In this document: one piece after another, positions 26,159-39,389 of the stretch
How the letters are laid out: every line of letters starts with the position of its first letter
Position numbering within the stretch: the stretch's first letter is position 1
From: Chiloscyllium plagiosum
Lineage: Eukaryota
NCBI RefSeq assembly: GCF_004010195.1
Contig: NC_057759.1
Location: 2,044,044 to 2,104,338, forward strand
DNA length: 60,295 nucleotides
Direction of reading: 5' to 3'
Notes under the pieces: generated by a model
What the model saw: the letters and a program-made list of their open reading frames with translations, nothing else
Told to the model about the DNA's origin: nothing
Database searches by the model: none
Made by a program: the position numbers and the translations under genes

Positions 26159-26667
26159 NNNNNNNNNNNNNNNNNNNNNNNNNNNNNNNNNNNNNNNNNN
26201 NNNNNNNNNNNNNNNNNNNNNNNNNNNNNNNNNNNNNNNNNNNNNNNNNNNNNNNNNNNNNNNNNNNNNNNNNNNNNNNNNNNNNNNNNNNNNNNNNNNN
26301 NNNNNNNNNNNNNNNNNNNNNNNNNNNNNNNNNNNNNNNNNNNNNNNNNNNNNNNNNNNNNNNNNNNNNNNNNNNNNNNNNNNNNNNNNNNNNNNNNNNN
26401 NNNNNNNNNNNNNNNNNNNNNNNNNNNNNNNNNNNNNNNNNNNNNNNNNNNNNNNNNNNNNNNNNNNNNNNNNNNNNNNNNNNNNNNNNNNNNNNNNNNN
26501 NNNNNNNNNNNNNNNNNNNNNNNNNNNNNNNNNNNNNNNNNNNNNNNNNNNNNNNNNNNNNNNNNNNNNNNNNNNNNNNNNNNNNNNNNNNNNNNNNNNN
26601 NNNNNNNNNNNNNNNNNNNNNNNNNNNNNNNNNNNNNNNNNNNNNNNNNNNNNNNNNNCAACCCAAA

Positions 26668-26710
26668 GGCTCTTTTAAGAGCCACCCACACCTTCCCCGA
26701 GACGGCTGAA
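26668..26710 (+). terminator. Orphan histone 3' stem-loop immediately after the gap
   Basis: CCCAAA-GGCTCTTTTAAGAGCC-ACCCA (26668-26683), then GAGACGGCTG. Confidence 0.92.
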
Positions 26711-27514
26711 TCATTGTGTTTTTACAATTAATACGAGATTTGTGTTTTATAAACGTTCTGTCAAGTATTGATTGATCGCTGACCCGGTCCGCGCCTTATT
26801 CTCGGATACGTTCATGTATATCTTGTAGTCCGTGCCTGGGGAGAGAGATCATGTTAAACCTCGCTGTGTCATTTTTCAGCTGATTGTATGTATCCTTGTT
26901 AATCTGTTATGCGATCAGTTCTGGAGCTACAAACCCCGGTGGGGCATGAACCCTGAGTTTCATCCCCATCAAACCAAGTGTCCCCAGCGCCCACCGGCAA
27001 GCAAAAAAAAAGTTTCCCTCTGAGTCCGATTTTACTTTATTTATTTTTAATTTCCAAATCTCCGCACGGGTATTGTCCGGATGCAGAGCTCGGAAAATGC
27101 ACCGAAATAAAACTAGAACAGCTGCAGAAGTGGCAGAGGGAATGTGGAGTTTTTAGCGATCTATGATCCTGTCCAGCAAGGAGGGTAACTTGACAATATT
27201 CTCGAACGATCGTGTTCACTATTAATGCGCTTACTCGGGAGGACGTAATCTCATGTTGTATCAGTATATCGGGGTGCTGTTGAAGTGTGAAGTAAATGAT
27301 TAGTTGCAGAGTGCAGGGTTTGGCGCCTCTTTTTGGGTCCGCTTATGTTTAACGTTTGGAAAATCCCAATTCAAGATTAGAAATGGGCAGGTTCTAGTAG
27401 GCTAGGGAATGAGGTCGAGAGTTAATGTAAAGGGCCCACTTTTCATGTAGAAGTAAATTATCTTGAGTATTCGTGCATTCTTCTGTGTTTAAACTGCCTA
27501 CTTTTCGGTACATA

Positions 27515-27946
<432 letters not shown>

Positions 27947-27976
27947 AGAGACCATCCTTGAATCTGACAGCCCAGA

Positions 27977-28018
27977 GGCTCTTTTAAGAGCCACTCACAG
28001 CATCTGTGAAAGGAGCTG
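27977..28018 (+). terminator. Histone 3' stem-loop plus downstream element
   Basis: GGCTCTTTTAAGAGCC (27977-27992), then GAAAGGAGCTG. Confidence 0.95.
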
Positions 28019-28254
28019 AACACCCCGGTCTGTCGGATTGAATTACCTTCCTTTAATTGGTATCGGTGTCAGTCCCTGCCTTATTCGATACTGTACTGTC
28101 ATTGTGTAGGATCGAATATGAAACCTTTCCTCATGACCGTTTACCGTTTGAGCCGTATTGATACAACGCTATCTTAACAGTGCTCGGAGTACATAATTTT
28201 TATTGCTTGTAGATGTCTGTGGTCTCGTCTCTTTAATTATCGTCCTATAAATCA

Positions 28255-28550
28255 GATCACATCACATTACAATGTGGAAACAGGCCCTTCAGCCCAACAA
28301 GTCCACACCGAACCGCAACCCACATTTTACCTCCATTTACCCCTTCACCTGGCACTACGGGCAATTTAGCAGGGCCAATCCACCTGACCTGCACATCTTT
28401 GGACTGTGGGAGGAACCCGGAGCACCCGGAGGAAACCCACGCACACACGGGGAGAACGTGCAAACTGCACACAGACAGTCGCTTGAGGCGGGAATTGAAC
28501 TCTGGCGCTGTGAGGCAGCAGTGCTAACCACTGTGCCACCGTGCCGCCCA
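28255..28550 (-). mobile_element. HE1-like tRNA-derived SINE
   Basis: GGCGGCACGGTGGCACAGTGGTTAGCACTG head and CR1-like tail. Confidence 0.88.
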
Positions 28551-28869
28551 CTAATGAATCACTCTGTCCCTGTACTACCCGCTCACAGGCAGTTTCACGT
28601 TATCTTGAACTGCATTTAGGAAGAGCTGAATGACCCCAGTGCCGCGAATAAGTTTATAATGAGTGGTCGCTGACCCTGGTGTTTTATTCTCGGCTGAGTT
28701 CCTGTGTCGGGTCCTTTCCCTGGCCGGAGAGAGGGAGCAGAATTAAGGCAACAGTCATTTTTCAGCTGCTTCGAGTTGGTCAAGTTGCTATTTTATACTC
28801 GGCCAGTTCGGGAGCTACCCGCCCCTGTGGGGTATGACCCTGATTTTGATCTCTGGCAAACAGAAGTGA

Positions 28870-29055
28870 GTCCACATTCGAGTGGTGCTGGAAAAGCACA
28901 GCAGGTCAGGCAGCACCTGAGGAGCAGGAAAATCGACGTTTTGGGCAAAAGCCTTTTGCCCGAAACATCGATTTTCCTGCTTCTCGCATGCTGCATGAAC
29001 TGCTGTACTTTTGAAGCACCACTCTGATCTCCAGCATTTGCAATACCCACCTCTG
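28870..29055. mobile_element. PLE-derived imperfect palindrome, centre deleted
   Basis: GAGTGGTGCTGGAAAAG...GGGCAAAAG / CTTTTGCCC...AGCACCACTC arms. Confidence 0.75.
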
Positions 29056-29239
29056 CCAAACAGAAGTGCCCTATCTTTGAATTCCACAGATAGATTCATT
29101 TTACAGTTAAATTTCCCATACACCGAGACTGTTGTTTAATTGCACAGTGCTCTGAATGAGACTTTCTGCTGTCGTTTCCAAGCTTTCAAAATGAACTGAG
29201 ATCAAACCAGGACAGTTGCCTCACTCTTGCAAGGGTCAG

Positions 29240-30730
29240 TCAAATAGCACAGAAACCAATCCTTCTGTCCAACCAGTCCACACCCAATATAATCTCAAAC
29301 TAGACAAGTCCCACTTGCCTGTCCTGCCTGTCCTTGGCACATAACCATCCAAAATCTTAACAATGATCTACATTGTGACTGTATCCATATGCATCACCCC
29401 CTTTTGAAATTAATTCCATACAATCCATACTGTTTTTAAAAACTTACTTTTAAAATCTTTTTCCTTTTACCTTAAAAATATGTCTCATAGTTTTGCGATC
29501 TCTTACCATAAAAAAAAACCTACCGTTCCCTTTACCTTTAGCCCTCATGATTGTCAAAACTCTACCACCCATCAAGATCTTAGGCTCCAAAAAACAGAAG
29601 TCCCAGCCTATTCTTACAACGGAATCCCTCCATTCCCATCAATATCCTAGTAAAGTTTTTCTGAACCCTTTCCAGCTCAATAGTATACTTTTGATACCAG
29701 GGTGACCAGAACTTGATACGGTAATCCAGAAGAGGACTCATCAACATCCTATACAACTCCTGTACTCAAAGGTCTGAGCAATGAAGGCAAGCACGCTAGA
29801 TGTTTTCTTCACCACATTGACTACATGTGAAGCAAACTTCAAAAATATGCAGCTGGCCAACTAGGTCTCTCTGTTCAACAGCACTACCCAAGGCCCTACT
29901 CGTAATTGTATAAGTCCTACCTTTGTTTGTTTTGTAAATATACAATGCCTCAATAACTCCATCTGCCATTCCTCATGCCATTGACTGATTTAATCAAGAT
30001 TTGTTTCTAATCTGAGATAGCCTTCGCTGTTCACTATACCATCAATTTTGATGACATCTGCAAAATTACTAACCATGCCTTCTGTATTTTCATCGAAATC
30101 ATTTACATAAAAAACAAGCAAAAGTGGACCCAGCACCGATTGGGGTGGAACATCATTGGTAACTTGCATCCAGTCTAATAAGCAACTATCCACCTCCTGC
30201 TGTTATGCCAATTTTATATTCAGTTGGCACACTCAATCTGAATCCCATGTAATCTAACCTTGCTATTTAGTCTACCACGCAGAATCTTGTAAAAGGCTTT
30301 ACAAAACTTCAAGTCAATAATGTTTACCACAGTGCCCTCAATCTTCTTGGATACTCCCACAACAATCTCAATCAACTTTGGGAAATATAATTTCCTTCTA
30401 CAAAACAATCCTGACAATTCCTAATCATTCCTTGCCCTCTCCCACCACCCTTCCCCAAACCGTACATTTGAATCCTATCTTTCAGAATCACCTCCAACAA
30501 TGTACCCACCACACAAGTCAGACTCACAGGTCTATACTTCCCAGGCTTCTCCTTACATCCCTTCTTGATATAATGGCGAAATATGACCTGATATCCAATG
30601 TCTGCAAGGGGCACCAGAATATCCTCCTTAACTTCCCACAATGTTCTGAGACACTAGATCAGATCTCTGAGATTATCCAACTTTGTTTTCAAAGACCTCC
30701 AGCATTTCCTTTTCTGTAATGTGAACTGTT
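29240..30730 (-). mobile_element. Old CR1 ORF2 fragment (continues at ~31610-31815)
   Basis: KPGKYRPVSLTCVVG, KFCKAFYK, SVLGPLLLVFYVND, FADVIKI. Confidence 0.85.
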
Positions 30731-30999
30731 TTTAGATGTACCCTCATTTGCCCTGGACAAACTAGATTATTCACAGCTATTAATGACAATGTACTAAGGG
30801 TAGACATTTGTCAGCCATTTTGGGTGAGCAGACATGGGCCATTTTTTGTTACCAGCAGATCCAGTTCACCCCTGCAATTCTGTTTGAATTTCAGAAGATG
30901 GGAGAGGCAGAAAATGAATTTTTACATCAGTATTTTTACTGGGAAGCAGGCAAACTCAGGAAAATGGGTATTGCTGTTTTGAAAACCGTTCACATTACA

Positions 31000-31609
31000 G
31001 AACAGGTCTTTGAAAACAGGCCTAAACTTAACTAACCAGAACAGAAAGCATTCTTACAAATCTTATAGCAACTAGTTAAAATTAAATGTATTTGGTATTT
31101 TAAACACACATTTTAATTAGGACAATGGGAAATATAAGACGAATAGCAGAATTTCATAAAGAAAGCACATGAGATACAATGAATAACAGAATTCAAACTG
31201 ACTCACAGATCAAGCCAGCCTGAGAGGTGTGAAGGAGTCTAGCAATTAACTTTGGAATGTGAATGAAGAGTGATTATCGTGTCTGTTCAATGCCATGAGG
31301 TCATGGGAAGCTGAGGCCTGGTAAGGGACTGCCCGTCATTGATTCGGTATCTTATAGGATTGAGTTTACGAAGTATGAAGAAGGATCAGAGTGATCAAGT
31401 TGTATGTGATTGTTATCAGCAAATTTATAAAAATACTGCTTTATGTTATAAATTTAGAGTGTGTCATGATCTCCCTTTCAGGGCAGGTCTCTGGAGAGAA
31501 TCCTTTTCCCCTGCTTCAAACTGGGTTTTGCACGAATAAATCTCCATTTGCCTGAGTTCTGCCTGCCTGCTGAGTTTGCATTCCCTTTCGGGGGGAAAAG
31601 GCTCCGACA
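31000..31609 (+). mobile_element. LTR-like repeat; 5' boundary uncertain
   Basis: Homologous to 47000-47535 and to the reverse complement of 20160-20700; TATA-like 31424, AATAAA 31535, ends ...CCGACA before CR1 resumes. Confidence 0.45.
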
Positions 31610-31828
31610 ACAACTACCTCTTTGATCTTTAAGGTGCCCTACTCTCTTTCTCTCCCTCATTGTTAACTTGCATTGAATGATCTTGTAGAATCTCGTTGAA
31701 TTATGCTTAACCTTATCTGCCAAGACTATCTGGTATCCCCCTCTTTGATTTCCTAATCTCCCTCTCAAGAATGCCCTTACTATTTGCATAATGTTCAAGA
31801 GATGCATTTCACCCCAGTTGTCTATGTC

Positions 31829-32027
31829 TAATATATGATTTATTTGTACTTGCAAATAAAACATTGACTTTGCTGGTCCTCTGTTGTTCTTTTCCAGTTT
31901 CATTTTTATCAACTCTGACTGTCCTTAATATATGATTTATTTGTACTTGCAAATAAAACATTGACTTTGCTGGTCCTCTGATGCTGTGCTTTTCCAGTTT
32001 CATTTTTATCAACTCTGACTGTCCTTA
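31829..32027. repeat. ~98-bp tandem duplication
   Basis: TAATATATGATTTATTTGTACTTG...GACTGTCCTTA twice. Confidence 0.88.
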
Positions 32028-32056
32028 CTAAAAACCTTACATTTATCCACCGTATA

Positions 32057-32372
32057 GGCAGCATTTTGGCACAGTGGTTAGCACTGCTGCCTCACAGCGC
32101 CAGAGACCTGGGTTCAATTCCTGCCTGAGGCGACTGACTGTGTGGAGATTGCACATTCTCCCCATGTCTGCGTGGGTTTCCTCCGGGTGCTCTGGTTTCC
32201 TCCCACAGTGCAAAAATGCACAGGTTTGGTGAATTGGCCATGCTAAATTGCCCGTAGTGTTAGGAGAAAGGGTAAATATAGGGGAATGGGTCTGGGTGGG
32301 TTACGCTTTGGAGGGTCGGTGTGGACTTGTTGGGCCAAAGGGCTTGTTTCCACACTGTAAGTAATCTAATTA
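32057..32372 (+). mobile_element. HE1-like tRNA-derived SINE, full length
   Basis: A/B-box head, conserved body, tail ...CACACTGTAAGTAATCTAA. Confidence 0.88.
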
Positions 32373-32810
32373 AGTTGCTTTTGCCCATTGACTTCTCCTC
32401 AACACAATCACAATGCATCTTCTTTCACACCTCACCATCCAACCCAGTTTTATTCATTTCTCAAGCTGGAAATATTACATTTAGTTTTCTCTTCTAAATC
32501 ATTGTGACTATATTGTGAAGAGTAGGATTCTAATCATGATTCTTGCCATGATTCCTAGTCATAGCTTATCAACGAAAAAATTATCTATTTACTCCCTCTA
32601 CGTGTTTTCTTTCAGCCAACCAGTTTTGTTTTAAAATCCATCTCAACACCATGTTCTTTATTTTGTTTTATGTGTTTTACTTTGTCAAAAGAAACATCTG
32701 AATGATGCCATCTGAATATTACCTCTACTCCAGCAGATTTGCCAAGCTGAGAACATAAAACATTATGACACAAGAACAGACATTTCAAATCCATGGTGAC
32801 TTTGTTTGGT

Positions 32811-32980
32811 AGGAGAAAGTAAGGACTGCAGATGCTGGAGATCAGAGCTTAAAAATGTGTTGCTGGAAAAGCGCAGCAGGTCAGGCAGCATCAAAGGAGT
32901 AGGAGAATCGACGTTTCGGGCATAAGCTGAAGAAGGGCTTATGCCCAAAATGTCGATTCTCCTTCTCCTTTGAAGCTGCC
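32811..32980. mobile_element. PLE-derived partial palindrome with 14-bp flanking duplication
   Basis: TGACTTTGTTTGGT at 32797-32810 and 32981-32994. Confidence 0.8.
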
Positions 32981-32999
32981 TGACTTTGTTTGGTCCCAA

Positions 33000-33590
33000 T
33001 CTTTTTTTTCACAGACACTCTGCAAGTATGTGTTTATTTTTCCTGCGGGCTGAGTGGCCAATAATTCCCAGATTATCTCTAACTTGCTTTTCAAATAGAT
33101 TGGTTACATTAGCTAACCCACAATCTGTGGAAAACATTGCAACGCCCCTGGAATCTTGGAACATGGCTATTCACTATTTCTGTGACCACTATGTTAAGTA
33201 CTCTGGGATGTGGATGACCAGGCCCTGCTGTTTCCCAGCTTCAATCCTATCCATTGTCCCAACACAATTTTCCAAACAATACTGATTTGTTTCAGTTTTT
33301 CGCTCTCACTGAACTCTGTGTTCCCCAACATTTCTGGTGCTTCATTTGTGTCGTCCTTTGTGATCAGAGAACAACAGTTATGTATTTGGGTGGATATCCA
33401 CTTTTGCTCCCTATTATGGACTGCCTCATATTGATCTTTGTGTTCACGAACCCATGTTTTTTTTCCAATTTCCTCTTTACACATTTATCAATACTTTAAC
33501 AGTTAGTTTCTTTTTCAAAACATCTGCATGCTTATTCCAGTCCTCATTTTCTCTCTCTTAATCAATGCCCTTGATCTCATTGTTTGCTGA
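33000..33590 (-). mobile_element. Old CR1 ORF2 linker fragment
   Basis: Degenerate CR1 ORF2 linker (VLGQWIGLKLGNSRAW...HPRVL). Confidence 0.6.
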
Positions 33591-33602
33591 ACTTTAAATT
33601 GT

Positions 33603-34109
33603 GGCAAAAGTGAGGACTGCAGATGGTGGAGATCAGAGTCAAGATTAGAGGGTTGCTGGAAAAGCACAGCAGGTCAGGCAGCATCCGAGGAGCCGGAAAA
33701 TCAATGGTTTGGGCATTCCTTCATCAGGCATAAGGTTGGGAGCCTCCAGGATGGAGAGATAAAAGGGAGTTGGGTGTGTGTGTCCTGGGGAGAAAGTAGT
33801 TCAGAGTTTAATAGATGGATGGAGGTGGGGATGAAGGTGATAGGTCAGAGAGGAGGGTGGAGCGGATAGGTGTGAAGGAAAATTGGCAGGTCGGACAGGT
33901 CATGAGGATGCTGCTGAGCTGACAGGTTGGAACTGGTGTAAGGTGGAGGGAGGGGAAATGAGGAAACTGGTGAAGTTCACAAAGTTGATTTTAAGCATAC
34001 TGCAAAACCTTTTGTAAGGATGCCTACCTTGAAGAAGTTCTCCCCCTCTCTCTATAAAGATCTCAGTGAGTCTCTCTCTCACTGCAACCCCTATATCATC
34101 TCCTCTGCC
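33603..34109 (-). mobile_element. PLE 3' end insertion with 16-bp flanking duplication
   Basis: CTGAACT(T/C)TAAATTGT at 33587-33602 and 34110-34125; pseudo-LTR sequence shared with 48113-48333. Confidence 0.78.
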
Positions 34110-34339
34110 CTGAACTCTAAATTGTTCCCAGGCTTTATATTTGTCTGTTTATTTTCTAACCAATTTGTATGCCTAGTCTTGGGATCTCACAGAACCTGAA
34201 AGTTTTGTTAAGTTTACAAAAGTAATACAAAAATTGTGTAAATTGTAAAACTTTCCAAACTCAGGGCAAGCTCCATCTGAAAAGTTAAATGCAGTTGATG
34301 TAGGGAGACATCAGCTTGATAGAGGGCAAGTTTCTCTCT

Positions 34340-34545
34340 AAGCCACACACCATAATCACTTGGAAATATATCCCCTTTCCTTCACTGTCACTTGATCAAG
34401 ACCTTGGAATTCCCTGTTCATGGCATTGTAGGCAGGACATGGACAACAGCTATTCCAGAAGGTGGCTCACCACTGCCTGCTCAAAGGGGAATAAATGCTA
34501 GGCTCAGCCAGCGACGTCCACGTCCCAGAGTGAATAAACAGAAAC
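34340..34545 (+). mobile_element. Old LINE 3' end (L2/CR1-group); related inverted copy at ~39100-39300
   Basis: ...GGCTCACCAC...AATAAATGCT..GCCAGCGACG.CCAC.TCCC..TGAAT tail. Confidence 0.55.
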
Positions 34546-34586
34546 ACCTGGGGTCTCTCGTTGTGGCATACAATACATCACAAGGT

Positions 34587-34753
34587 CACTTTATGTCTTT
34601 CACTGTGTCTCACACCTGCACACACACATACCATGGGTGCTGGGGAAAAAATAAGCACTACCGCACTTAGGTGGTAGTGTGGGGGTTAATATATTAAAAA
34701 AATATAAAAAGAAAAAAAAAACAGGAGACTCCAAAAAGAAAAGAAGAAAAAAA
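34587..34753 (+). mobile_element. 5'-truncated A-tailed retroposon end (L1/Tx1-like mechanism) with 15-bp TSD
   Basis: AATACATCACAAGGT at 34572-34586 and 34754-34768; A-rich tail; hairpin at 34656-34679. Confidence 0.8.
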
Positions 34754-35334
34754 AATACATCACAAGGTTTCTGTCTGCAGCATACCTGACACTAACATCT
34801 GTTGTCCACTATACACTAAATCGAGGCCCAGAGACGTTACTGCACACCCCTGCTCCAGGTCTGATTTTTGCACACGCCTCCTGAACCAGAAACAGGGACT
34901 AACACTGTGATGCAAGACTCTCTCCAACAGTTACATTCTGCCTGAGTAAGAGTGTTCCACTTATTTCATTTGTGTTTCTATTTTCCAGTTATGTTACTTT
35001 CTTAAAGGAATTAATATTTGTGGATGAGGGTCAGCAGGATTACATACCACAGTTAAAATAAGATCAGACGTGATGTTATTGAATGGAGAAGCACAGGGGA
35101 TGGGCCGAGTGGCCGCCAGCTTCTCCGCTCCCTGATCAGATTGTGAGCCGAAGGGAGGAGTTATTAACATGACCCAGGAATGAGCTCCATTGGAACTTCC
35201 TAAAGGGGGAATTCCCAGCTTGAAACCTTCTCTGCCCTTTCCCCCACATCCCCAGTTCCTTTGCTCAAACTAGGAGAAAAGGGAATTGGGGGAAATGACT
35301 AAATTATGTTTGTTTCTGGGAAGCAGTGGGTAAA

Positions 35335-35586
35335 GCAGCGCGTACGCGATGCAGTCCCTCCCCCAACGCTGACAGTTCCCGAGTAGAGGAGCGCATGCGT
35401 GAGGCCCTCCCCCAGCGCTGCCATTGAGGAGCATTTACTCAGTGAGTGCAAGAGGTTTGTTTGAAACAGACCGCAATGGAGAGATCAGCGCCCAGGGAAG
35501 CGAGGGAACAGCAGGCTCCTTCCAGCAGCACATCGGGATGGGAGCCTGGGACACAGAGGGGGCTCCGAGACCGGGATTGATTCGGG
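35335..35586 (+). promoter_or_regulatory. Putative promoter and first exon of the unidentified multi-copy gene
   Basis: NRF1-like GCGCATGCGT (35391-35400) and GCGCGTACGCG; CpG-rich; donor GGG|GTGAGT at 35587. Confidence 0.55.
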
Positions 35587-36143
35587 GTGAGTTCAGGGAG
35601 AACCGGGGGCTGTTTGTAAGAGGCCGAGCGGAGCAGGAACTGGTCCCGGAACTTGGAGTGAGCGGGCTGGGGGGAAGAGAGAGGCCTTTCTCGGGCTGTG
35701 TGTGGGCCTGCTGAGGGAGGCAGAGCGGGAAGAAGCTGCTGTGGGACATTCTTGGGGTTTGTAATCCCCTAAACACTGATGGGAATTCTGTATGGCTTCT
35801 GTTTCCTGCTGTTTGTTGCGAATAGACATTGAAGTGTTGGGAAATAAAGGGCAGTGTATCTAAATGTGATAAAAGTGCCCGTTGTTCTTCCTTTAACAGT
35901 TAGTGTCTTTTTTAGGAGCTGAATATTGAACCGTGCAATCATTCTATTTTTGGAGCTCTTTCATCTGAGTAAATTGTTTCAGAATTTCGCAAACAGAAAA
36001 AGACTGGCAGCAGATCAGTGTTACTTTGTAACCAGACCTTGCTGTTTAAAAACAGAAGTATCATGATCATGACCTGAATGTTGCGTTGATCAGTTGATGT
36101 CTTTCTACTCGGAACTCATGATATCTCTCTTTTCTTCCTCCAG

Positions 36144-36225
36144 GCAAATGTCTGATGGACCAAGACAATGTAATATTCCCTCAGTGCAAAGCCAAGTGTG
36201 ACCATCTGCTTCTACCAACCAGCAG
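36144..36225 (+). other. 82-nt candidate exon (copy 4)
   Basis: ctctcttttcttcctccAG|GCAAATG...CAG|GTATGT; could read MDQDNVIFPQCKAKCDHLLLPTS. Confidence 0.6.
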
Positions 36226-37174
36226 GTATGTTACTGTTGTCAGATTGGAGAACATCCTTTCCACAGTCAGAGTGGATTGAGTCAGATACACATTGAGCTC
36301 AATTTCCAGAAGTATGCATTCAAACCAAAAATCTAACTCAACTAATGAAATATTTTTAAAATTTCTCCTTATACTCAATGCACAACAGCACAACTCCAAT
36401 AAATTCCATTATACAGAGCCAGTTATCATTTGCAACATCAGAAGAGGGATAGACTGTATCCTGATATGAAATATACATTCAGGAATTACATGTAGTAAAG
36501 GCAATTTTAAAGTTACAATCAAGGTGAACAAATAAGTCATGCTGTTACATTGTTACAACAAGGATATATGAAGAAGATATTGAGTGCAGATGCAGAAGGA
36601 AACTTTGATATTTTCAGTAACTGAGAAAGTCAAAATTACATTTTTGATAAATCATTGTCCTGGAAAAGACACAACAATTAAACTATGTAAATTCCAAATG
36701 AACCTCTGGGCCAAAGCCTGATGTCGAGAGAGTGCTCATTGCATGTGTATACACCCACAACCACTATCTCCATCCCACCCCCATATGTGTGTTAGCGCGC
36801 GCACACACCATTCTATCTCCCACAAAGCTACTGACTGATTAACAATAGCTGCAAATTTGTACACCATCCTGAAATACACATTACAACATCTAACAGTGAT
36901 GAAGATCCATATACACCGCAACTAGCAGAAAACATTTCATCAAACTGATTTCTACTCTCAGATCTCAAGTTAAAGAGATCTACAGCACAGAATATGTCTG
37001 TTCAAATTATTAAATCTGCACTAATCAAAACAGTCTATAACAACACAGTTGATTGAAAGGGATTAGAATTATTAACTCAATGAGTATTCCGTTTCCATAG
37101 ATTTTTCATGGCAGCAGAGAAGTTGTCATCCCCACCTGTGTCATAACGCCATTCTCCATTTCATTATTTTGTAG

Positions 37175-38600
37175 GATTTTTTTTTTCAGTCCAGAAAGAA
37201 AGTTTTTCTTATTAACGTGTGTCTTTCAAAATTTGTTTCAAGAAATCTATGAAGAACCCTGCATTCATCTTGACTATCTCTTCATTAAACTATAAAAAAC
37301 ATCAAGGACCAAGGGTATAGTTTTGTTAAGGAGTCAATGGAATCAGATCATTACTATTTAAAGCAGTGCAGAAAGCAAGAAAAAGCTAAAATTGATAGGT
37401 TTGTCAAGCTGCTCCTTTATTTTAACCACCAAGAGTTGGTTGTTCAATAAATTGAGCTTGACTGTTTAAATATTCTTCACCGATAGTGGAAAATAAAAGA
37501 CCTTTGTTTTCCCCCGCCCTACCAGAGAGCAACACAGGAATACTGCTAATGGCTTGCACTAGATCCTGTCCAGATTGGTAAATAAAATAGAATTGACCAA
37601 ATCTCTTTTCTGCACAAGGAGCATTGTCTTCAGTCAGTTGCAATGCAGTTGAAGTGTTCACTTAGTTGCAAATTGATTTGGTTAATACTGATCATTAATT
37701 CATTGGTAATGTATGTCACAATACAAACATTGATAGCATCCTGAAAACCAGACCTTGATATCCCCACTGTTCCTGGTTAGACTCTGCACTATAGGAATTA
37801 CAAAAGTCTATTGCTTTTCTCCCCTTGATTCTGAAGAAAAGCACAGATGCTTTTCTGCTGTAATGTGTTGCATGTTTACCTGTCCATGGCTGTTATAGGC
37901 TCCAAAACTAAAGAACATAGGTTGTGGACGTTATGCAACTACATGTACGAGGCCAATTATTAGGAGATATACAAACACATCCACTTTCACTGACGGGAGC
38001 TGACTCCAGTGGCAATGGATGAAACTTCATTCATGTCAAGTAGCAGAAGTTTAGTAAAATTAATTGTGCTTGCAGTTACTAAAAGTGACATGTTTCAATT
38101 TAGATGACACTGAACCACTTTGAAATACAATAACCAAGAATAAGGACCATATTGGTATCAAGTATCAGAGACTGATCGATTGAATTTAGTTCTCAGTCTC
38201 AGCCTGGTGCTGATGCAAACACACTTTATCCACGCTCCCATTTTGTTTGAGGGCCTGAGTAATGCAGAAACATTTCCATACATTTTATTGAATGAAACAC
38301 TGATTTATAAGGCATTATCAGATCATGACATGCAGAACTGGAAACATAAGGAGATATGCAGAAAATGTCAGTGTTATATAGACCAGTACCGCTCCTTCAA
38401 AGTGATTCAGATTGGCAGCACAACAGAAAACTCACTTGCGCACTCAGACAGTTAATGGAGAAAGGGAAAAAAAGAATGAAATTTAGGCCCAGGTATTTCC
38501 AAATATGGACAGTTATAAATTGACTCACCAAACCATTAATCGCTTCAGTTAGTGTTAGATGTTACATTTTACAGTGTCCAGCAGCAACTGATAAAGACTC
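37175..38600 (+). pseudogene. Decayed large exon of unknown product; 3' limit uncertain
   Basis: Acceptor ttctccatttcattattttgtAG; homologous to 3345-4086(-) and 50830 onward(+); many stops. Confidence 0.4.
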
Positions 38601-39389
38601 CTGCATACACAATGTAAAAAAAATTCTGAAAACAATAGCATTCAGATTCATGGCAAAGTAAACAATGAACCAACATTAATCCCTCGCTTACAAAGTGTTA
38701 GTGAATATTGATTGAGTTCATCCAACGCTCAGACCAAACAAATACAACTCATGGTGTAAGGAGAATGAGATTCACACACTCCACCTGATGCTGTTGCATA
38801 CAAAACCAAACTGGCACTATAGTTATTCAATGGCAGAATACTGCAAAACTAATCTCACATTAGCATTTACCTTGAGATACTGGCAGTGAGTGGATGATGT
38901 TCAGACGCCCAACAGTTAGTGGAAATTAGTATGGAGAACAGATGAACAACAGAATGTCCCAGTGCAGACACAATGGGCTGAATGGCTGTATCAATTCTGT
39001 GACTGTCATAAATCACAAAATGCAGAAGAGTTTAAGGCCCAGTCACAACACCCTTAAAAACTATCACAGAATGAATCTCAGTCACAGAGAATTCTTTTTC
39101 CTAAATTCATTCATGGGATGAGGGCGTCACTGGCTAGGCCAGTATTTATTGCCCATCCCTAACTGCTCAGGGGGTAGTTATGAATCAACCACATTGCTGC
39201 GGGTCTGGAGACACAAGGATGGCAGTTTCCTTATAGGACATTAGTGTACTAGATGGGTTTTCCTGACAATCAACCATAGATTCCTGGTGATGATTGGACT
39301 CTCGGAATATTATTGGCTGCCAGAGAATTAAGCAACTTTCATACATAAAAGAGTTGAAAGTAGTTGGTACTGATTGTGTACTTGACTCT

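Noticed and set aside
25950..26714. Long ORFs here, at 48297-49670 and at 17223-17489
   Set aside because: Artefacts of reading through N-gaps
32057..32135. tRNA genes (also ~12590-12662, 18428, 28480-28550, 52388)
   Set aside because: These are SINE heads continuing into SINE body and LINE-like tail; no complete cloverleaf
35335..38600. C2H2 zinc-finger gene, as often found near fish histone clusters
   Set aside because: No CxxC...HxxxH/TGEKP repeats seen in any frame in the window
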